Both the position numbers and the translations under genes were made by a program. A model generated the notes under the pieces. That model was given only the letters and a program-made list of their open reading frames with translations, ran no database searches and had not been told where the DNA came from. Below are positions 56,494 through 64,000 of a stretch of DNA of 64,000 nt, in pieces. The first letter of the stretch is position 1. Each line of letters begins with the position of its first letter. The stretch lies in the NCBI RefSeq assembly GCF_009914755.1, contig NC_060940.1; one strand, given 5' to 3'. Origin of the DNA: the human T2T-CHM13v2.0 reference genome, Homo sapiens.

Positions 56494-57444
56494 TAACCCT
56501 CTCAATTTCATGGGAGGTTGACCCTCTGTCATGACATTGGACAAACATTGGGAGGGGGGGCGCTTAACATGGTTTGGTCATTCCTCCCACGGTCTCAGGG
56601 TGATAGATACTGGGTGGAAACATGGGTCTCTTACGAATAGAGAGCTGAAAGTCACCTACCCATACCTTAAAGAGTGTTCCTTGAGAGAGGGCTTTCGGAA
56701 ATGGATTTAGACATCATGAATCCAACAACTAAGAGATCATTTATCTGTCCTCCTGACACTTCCATAGTCCATCTCACCCCCAGCACATCTTAGGAACTGA
56801 CTAGAAATATTCTTCAGACTTTAGAAAGCAGACGATGCTCTTCATCACGGCAGAATTTCATATCCCCCGGTGTTGGAGTGGGAGGCTGCCAGCCTTTGAA
56901 GTTTGGGATGCGTCTTCCTCTCTGTGCCTCTCAGGGGCCTTTACTTCTGCTACACTGCACATCTGGGGAGGGTTGCCTGAACACTAGCTCACGAAGTGGC
57001 CGCTGGGCTCCTTCCTGGAGTCTAATCCTGTCTGTCTCATCGTGTCCTTCTGGAAACATCACCAACTTATTTATCTCTGTCATAAAAGGAGAGGAGGAAG
57101 GAGCAGCAGAGAGTTTCAAGGTTAACCAATGTTTGCAGAGTAAAAATGGTACCTGAAGACAGATGTATGCTGCAAAATAGCAGTTCCATACAAATGCAAG
57201 AGGGCGTCAAAGTCAACAGGGACAAAACTATGGGCTATTTCATGTTCCTCACTGAGTAAGACCTCACTCACAATCACTTATTCTGATTATAAAAATGATG
57301 ACCTACAAAGAGACCCATGTTTCCACCCAGGATCTATCACTCTGAGACCTTAGGATGAGTGACTGAAGCATCTTAAGCTGCCCCTCCCAGTGTTTGCTAA
57401 ATGTCATGGCAGAGGGTTAACCTCCCAGGAGATTGAGAAGGTTA
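56494..57444. repeat. Long inverted repeat (arms 56494-56632 and 57308-57444)
   Basis: The arms are reverse complements at about 85% by manual alignment; the inner 23 bp are perfect. Confidence 0.9.
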
Positions 57445-57539
57445 AATGAGATACCACGTGTGCAGAGGCCAGCATGGTGCCCAGCTCAGCAGTAGGCACT
57501 TGGGAAATGTCACCTTTAACACTGATATGTAAGACCAGC

Positions 57540-57686
57540 CCATCATAGCAGCATTATTCACAATAGCCAAAGGTGGGAACAACCCAAATGTCCATTGACA
57601 GAAGAACAGGTAAACAAAATGTAAATACATACAATGAAATATTAGCCAGCGTTCAAAAAGAAAGGACATTCTGATACATGCTACAC
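57540..57686 (+). mobile_element. L1M fragment
   Basis: CATAGCAGCATTATTCACAATAGCCAAAGGTGGGAACAACCCAAATGTCCA. Confidence 0.8.
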
Positions 57687-58413
57687 CAGCACACTCCTTA
57701 GCTCACGATATTTTAATTGGATGAATAAATGAATGAGCAAAAAAAGAGCACCCTACCTCTAACTGGATCCCCCAGCTGTGAGCTCTCTCACATTTTTTCT
57801 CTAGCAAATTCCCTCTTTTTTGCTGTTTCTTTCTCCTCTTTTCTGTTCTATTCTCTTTCTTCATCCCCTATGCTTTAAAAGACGCTTGCATCTGGGGCTT
57901 TTTCTGAAGCCGTTTTTTCCCTCATTTTTTTCTGTCCACAAAACAGCAGGAAATAATTTGCTTTAAATCCACATAAAATACCCACGAAAAATTCACACTC
58001 CATCTCTGAATGAGGAGGCTAGGTTTTTCCAACGGTGGAGCCACAAAAGTCTGTTTTGACAAGTTATCTCCCCATAAACATACTGGTTTATCTCATGCTA
58101 AACAATTAGATGTGCTATTTAGGCAAAATAAAAAATATATTGCACATTTTCTAGACAGCCTGTTAGCATCCATGCCAATGACACGAACATCAGGACATGG
58201 GGCTGATATTAAAGTAACCAGAAACACAAATGTGTATTGCAACACTCGGAACATTGCCATCTGTGTGTTGCATGCCCGGAGGGACACCCAGGGAGGACTG
58301 CGTGAAGACAGGGTGAGAAAGAGTCCAGGAGAAAAACAGCAGCTGAGAGGAGTGGGGTGGGCAGGGATTGGAGTAGAAGCAGATGGGAGGCTGAGATTAC
58401 CCACAGGCTAAGC

Positions 58414-58633
58414 CAGTGGTTCTATACTGGGGACACATTCCCACCCCCACCCCAAGGGACATTGGCAATGTCTGGATGCATGCGGGTTGTCATAAATTGG
58501 GCAGGGGGTGCTACTAGCATGGCATGGGTAGAGGCTACATGTCCTGCAATGCGTATTATATCCACCCCCTCCACCCCACAGCAAAGAATGATGTGGTCCC
58601 AAATGTCATGATGCCAAAGCTAAAACAACTCCA
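58414..58633. mobile_element. MER20
   Basis: CAGTGGTTCT..GGGACATTGGCAATGTCTGGA..TGCTACTAGCAT; TSD GGCTAAGC/GGCTAAGA. Confidence 0.82.
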
Positions 58634-58955
58634 GGCTAAGATGAAGCAGAGTACAGATCAGCTCTGCTACTCAGTGGCTGTGGAACTTAGGCAGGTTAAT
58701 TAAACTCTCTAGGCTACAAGATGGCTGAAAGCCATCTGTGGGATAGATGAGATGAGATGGCAGATGTGCAATGCACATAGCAGCTATTTCCATGAATGCT
58801 AATCCCTTTTATGCTCTCCTTGTGGTCCTCTGCTTTCCCAAAGTGTATTTATTTACTAATTCACTCAGTTCTTTAACCAACATGTATTGAGTGTCTACTC
58901 TGAGCCTGGAGCTGGGTGCTGGATATTCAACAACAGATAAGAAAGGCAGAGACCC

Positions 58956-59375
58956 TGTACTAGTCTGTTCTTGCATTGCTATAAAGAAATACCTGAGACT
59001 GGGTAATTTATAAAGAAAAGACGTTTAATTGGCTCACAGTTCTGCAGGCTTTACAGGAAACATGGTACTGGCATCTGCCTGGCTTCTGGGGAGGCCTCAG
59101 GAAGCTTACAGTCATGGTGGAAGGTGAAGGGGGAGCAGGCACATCACATGGCCAGAGCAGGAGAGAGTAAGTCTTGGGGGGAAGTGCTATACACTTTTAA
59201 ATGACCAGATCTCAAAGTAACTCGGAGCAAGAGTTCACTCAGTACCAAGAGTGTGGCCCAAGCCATTCACAAGGGATCCACCTCCATGATCCAAACACTT
59301 CCCACCAGGCCCCACCTCCAACACTGGAGATTACAATTCAACGTAAGATTTGGGCAAGACATCCAAACCTTATCA
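58956..59375 (-). mobile_element. MST (MSTA-like) MaLR LTR inserted in an L2
   Basis: TGTACTAGTCTGTTCTTGCATTGCTATAAAGAAATACCTGAGACTGGGTAATTTATAAAG..CCAAACCTTATCA. Confidence 0.88.
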
Positions 59376-60094
59376 ATTCCCCCATGGATCATCTAATGTA
59401 TTGGGAGAGGCAGATAATAGATAATGTACAAACCAAACTAAGGTTAGTGCCATGAGAGTAAAGGACAGAGGCCAGAGACTAACACCTAATCCAGGGTGAT
59501 CAGGGAATCTGTCTCTGGGGAAGCGACATTGAAGCAGAGACCTGAAGGATGGCAGAGTTTTGGGGATTGGTGCTGGTTCCAGACAGAGAGAACCAAATAC
59601 ACAAAGACTCTAAGAAGGAAAGAAAACAGGGTATGTTCAAAACTGACAGAGAGCACAGGTGACAACTGACAGAGCACAGGTGCGTGGTGGGGAGCAGGTG
59701 GCAAGAGGAGAGGGATAAGACAGGTGGGTAAGGACCCCGCAGTTCATGAGAAGGCACCTAGGTTCTAGCCACCAAGATGTCATGAGAAGCCCTTAAAGAC
59801 TATTCAGAAGAGAAGTGACCTGATCCAATTTACCCTGGCTGCAAAGGAAAGGATGAAGTAGGGGAGGAGTAGAGGTAGAAGCAGGGAGACCAGTGGAGGC
59901 TGCTTCATCTACAGCTCCAGATGGTGATGATGGTGGTAGCACTGGAGATGAGGAAGGATCTGAGATATACATTTGAAGGAGAATAATTATACATTGCACT
60001 AGACTCTGGTGGGGATGAGAGAAAGAGAATGTTCCACCATTCACTGGGTGGTCAGGCTGGGCAGCCAAGGTTAAAGGGCTAAGTGTCATCCAGG

Positions 60095-60540
60095 GAAGAG
60101 ACCATCACACGATTTGAGGTTGCTGAGAACAGACAACACACGCACCAGGCTCAAGTGGTAGAGCAAGAGGAGACAGACTACACAAGATGCAGTCCCTTGC
60201 AATGCGTCAGTCCCCCACAGCCAGTGGATCTGCTCTGCAGTCAACCCAGGCAGTGCAGCTGCACACACCCACCTCGTGCTGCAGTAGAAGGACCCAGATC
60301 CCTTTCCACCAGGGACAGATATAGCAGCAGGTTTGGCCAGGGGCCATTAGATGCACACACTTGAGCAGAACAAAGTACATCAAGCCCAGAACAGGGAAAG
60401 ATATTTCCAGGCAAAGAGATATGCCCAGCCCAGGCAGGGAGGGCTCTTCATCTCTTGTTAAGGAAATGTTTCAGGCCCAAGGCCACTCATACAGCCATAC
60501 AGGGTCCAGCAAGCTGTGCATGACCACCTTTCCCAATGCA
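60095..60540 (-). mobile_element. Probable ERVL-type LTR (MER54/LTR53-like)
   Basis: Minus strand starts TTGGGAAAGGTGGTCATGCACAGC; resemblance from memory only. Confidence 0.4.
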
Positions 60541-60994
60541 GTGAAGGATAGGTCCCACGTCTTGGGCTTAGGCAGTTAGGCGGATGGTGAGTGCAATTAC
60601 TAAAGAGAGAAAGACCTGGGAAGGGACAGTTAAGGGTGGGGAGCAAGAGGAAGACAATCAAGAAATGCTCAGTACCTGTGGGTTCCCTCTTGCCTATCCA
60701 CCCCTCCCTCCTACTTCTGTTTCTCTAAGCTCAATGACAATGTTCCCCACTCCAGCAGCTCTAGAATTCATTCATACCTGGGACTTCAGTGGCAACGTCT
60801 GCTCTTCTCTACCTGAGTGGTAGCCAGGAAGTCTGAGTCTTCATCCTCAACTCGGGGAAGTCCTGGAGCCCTTCCCTGGACATGGGTCCCCGAGATGCCA
60901 GCAATGTTTTCTAGGTGCCCCAGGTGCTCCTGCACCACCTCGAAGCACCTCCATTTAGGCCTCCTGACTTTGTTTACCAAGCACGCCTCTAGCC

Positions 60995-61159
60995 TCGCTA
61001 CTCACAGTGGGGTCCATGGGCCAGCAGCATCAGCATCTCCCAGGAGCTTCTTAGAAGTGCAGAGTCTCAGGCTCCAGCCCAGACTTGCTGAACTGGAATC
61101 TGCATTTTAATCAAATCCCAGGTGATTTGTGCATGCGTGTTAAAGTTTGAGAATCACTG
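60995..61159. mobile_element. MER5A
   Basis: CCAGCAGCATCAGCATC..AATCTGCATTTTAA..AAAGTTTGAGAATCACTG. Confidence 0.85.
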
Positions 61160-61440
61160 GTCCACAGCTCAGAAGCCAGCCATCTACAACATTGCCATAT
61201 GTCAGTTATTTGTAATTACAGTTAAAAAAAAAATGCTACCAGCGTGGCCTGGGATGATTTGTTCTTAAACTTCAAGGGCTGCTTGAAGCCCGAGATCCTA
61301 GTGACACTGAGATATTTATAAGGTTTCCCTTCGTATTCCCTGACCACTCCTCTCATCATCAGATTTTCCAGATGATAAGTTTTTAGCAGGCCCTTCTTCC
61401 CCCTCTACTCCTGTGTGGACCTCTGGGCTGCCTTTTTCAG

Positions 61441-61830
61441 GTTTTGCGAACTGGCTATGAATTGTTCAGCGGTTGGATTAGCCAGTTCTGCAGACTGCCT
61501 CACACGCAGACCATCTGGACCGCTTATAGAGAAGACATGTTCCAAGTACCCTCTTTCCTTTGTCTGCTTTTCTCATGGGTACTTTGCCCTCTAAGAAGCC
61601 TACTTTCCTCTTTTCCTCTCCTCCTCTCCCTATTTCTCTTTGTTGAGAGAGCAGTCAGATTAACACAACAACTCTTAGAGTGCCTTGGTCACCTGAGAGC
61701 ATGGAAAGTCCATGCCCTCACCAGAGTAATGACTACCATTTCTCCAAAACTCTCCTCATGCCATCCGATAGGCAGTATTGATCAGAAGGGGAAATCTAGT
61801 GTGTTAAAATTGATAAACCAGCTTAAGTAA
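61441..61830 (+). other. Candidate plus-strand exon, possibly a lncRNA terminal exon; 3' end undefined
   Basis: Pyrimidine-rich acceptor GCCTTTTTCAG|G at 61440/61441 followed by apparently repeat-free sequence, open in phase 0 to TAA at 61830. Confidence 0.3.
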
Positions 61831-63114
61831 TACCTACATAAAAGAACCATGCCTAGCACATGGCTGAATGTTGAATACCGTTGCATGGAAATTTGGGATT
61901 TCTAGTTAGAGGTTTTATAAAGGTAGAATCATGCAGACACATATACCTGGAAATATTCGGAACATTCTATTAGCAGAAATGCAATGTAGGAAGCGTATTG
62001 GTTCTAGAAGAATGTGTCATTGTCAGTAATTGGAATTACTGACAGATCCAGTTGAAGTAAGGGGAAAACCACAAAGAGTCTGTACTCTTAAAACTGCAAT
62101 AATAGAGTCAAGGAGTCTTACGGGACGAGCCATGAGTCTTGTTAAGAATTTGGGCATGTATCTCTTCCGGTTGTCCTGATTATGTAAGTCCCTTCTTCAC
62201 CCTAATAACACTGTATTGAGAAAAACTTCAAGTGCATTATGCCCCCAGGATGAAGCTATACCTTGTTAACAAAAGCTGTGCCTATAGAAAGGGATTGGAG
62301 TGGAGTTTGGGAAGGCATTGTATAGAGGACAAATGATGAGTCTCACCAGACAGGGCTCAGGTGGTAAATGAAAGGGATGTACTGAGCCTGTACTCTTGAG
62401 AGCATTTTGGGCACAGTACCTGGCTGCTGCTTCTATCACCAGTATGGTCCCAAGCACCAGCCCTGCCTGCCCCTATCACTTCTTGAAAGGCAACCCAAGA
62501 GGAGAAGTGGACGGGAGCTGACACCAGGCAGGGGTTAAATTGTTTATATGCATCATCTTGTTTAATTTTTAAGACAACCCTATAGGTACAGTACTTTTGT
62601 TTATCTCCATTTCACAGAGAAGGAAATGGAGGCACAGAAAGGTGGGTAGGTTGCCCACCTAAGTGATAGAGCTAAAATTCAAACCAGGCAGCCTGATTCC
62701 AAAGCCCACACTCTTGGCCACTACATAAAAGATTCTTCACCAGAATGACCTTGGTACCACAGGTTCATGATCAGAAAGTGATGATACCTCTATCTGGGGA
62801 CTTGGAAACATCCATAGCTCCTTCAATGAGCCCAGGACAATCTTTCACCATCGTGAGAGTGAGCAAAGATGTCTCAAGTGATGCCCTTTGTGGTTAAGCA
62901 TCATGAGGCTGTTGCATTCCCTGCTGGTAGGGAAATTGGAGGTACGTGCACATTCCATCCCTTGCAATTCTGTACCTTCCATTTGCAGCATGAGAATAAA
63001 CAACAAGTTGAAATGTGTTTATAAGAGTGAAGCATCAACTTCCAAATCCAGCTGACCTGTGTGGGTTAAAGGACTTAGCAAAGAGAAACAAGTACCTACA
63101 ATTTTATGGCTCCG

Positions 63115-63535
63115 ATGCCTCTCAGCTTTGGCTGCAATTTGGAAGTACCCAAGGAGCTTTAAAAACTACTGAAGCTGGGGTCCCATGCCCTGAGTTTCTG
63201 TTTTGATTTGTCTGCACTGTGCCCTAGGATGGAGGGAAGTTGTAAAGTTCCCCTAGGTGATTATAGTATGCAGTCAAGTTTGAGAACCACTGGACTTAGC
63301 CTCTCTTGGGATCTCAGAATAAGTTTGGGTGGGTAGGCTTCTAGAATAAAGCAGTGCCTCTAAAGACGTGGTCTGTGGACCCCCTGACATCAGAATCACC
63401 TGGGAATCTGCTTAAACATGTGCATACTAGGCTCTATCCCTAAATTTAGATTCAGTATTTCTGGGGAATATCCCAGGAATCCACATATTTAACAAGTTAT
63501 CTGGGTGATTCTGTGCTCACTGAAGTTTGGGACCC
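63115..63535. mobile_element. Two adjacent MER5-family elements
   Basis: They end in AAGTTTGAGAACCACTG (about 63292) and GAAGTTTGGGACC (about 63533). Confidence 0.7.
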
Positions 63536-63644
63536 TAGAGAATAGAGAGTAGTCAAAGCCTGTGGCTGGTTTTAATTATGGTGGAGAAGCAGAAGGAAAA
63601 ATGTGCTCAGAGGCAGAGGCAAGCTGAAGAAACTCAGTGACAAG

Positions 63645-63653
<9 letters not shown>

Positions 63654-63677
<24 letters not shown>

Positions 63678-63965
63678 TTGAGACAGAGTCTCTTTTCGTT
63701 GCCCAGGCCCAGGCTGGAGTACAGTGGCCCAAGCTCGGCTTACTGCAACCTCCTCCTCCCTAGTTCAAGAGATTCCCCTCCCTCAGCCTCCCAAGTAGCT
63801 GGGATTACAGGCACCCACCGCCACGTCTGGCTAGTTTTTGTATTGTTAGTAGAGATGGGGTTTCACCATGTTGGCCAAGCTGGTCTCAAACTCCTGACCT
63901 CAAATGATTCACTCGCCTTGGCCTACCAAAATGCTGGGATTACAGGTGTGAGCCACCGTGCCCAG
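63654..63965 (-). mobile_element. Alu (AluS-like)
   Basis: Poly-T and reverse Alu; flanked by CAAGACCC/CAAGATCCC. Confidence 0.94.
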
Positions 63966-64000
63966 TCAAGATCCCGTAATTCTTCAGCATTCCTGATACC

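Overview
Primate, most likely human, non-coding DNA with about 20 Alus and dense old repeats (MIR, L2, MaLR/ERVL LTRs, hAT-Charlie/Tip100 and mariner MITEs, short L1 3' ends). I can support no protein-coding exon; the ORF track is Alu-derived, low-complexity or chance. The clearest functional landmark is a small CpG-rich promoter-like element at about 29.5-29.85 kb. It carries a strong minus-strand splice donor (TTG|GTAAGC at 29507/29506), suggesting a non-coding first exon of a minus-strand gene I cannot name. It abuts a 95-nt pure-purine tract and a 1.65-kb CA-rich VNTR-like array with higher-order structure. Other notable structures: a ~140-bp diverged inverted repeat (56.5/57.3 kb), a tandem duplication carrying two MADE1 MITEs (44.5-44.9 kb), a templated insertion into a MIR (12.0 kb), an Alu and L1 sharing one target site (53.3-54.1 kb) and a candidate plus-strand exon with an open frame (61.4 kb). 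I found no convincing novel multi-gene system. Repeat subfamily names are recalled from consensus sequences and identities are manual counts; both need confirming by RepeatMasker/Dfam and alignment.
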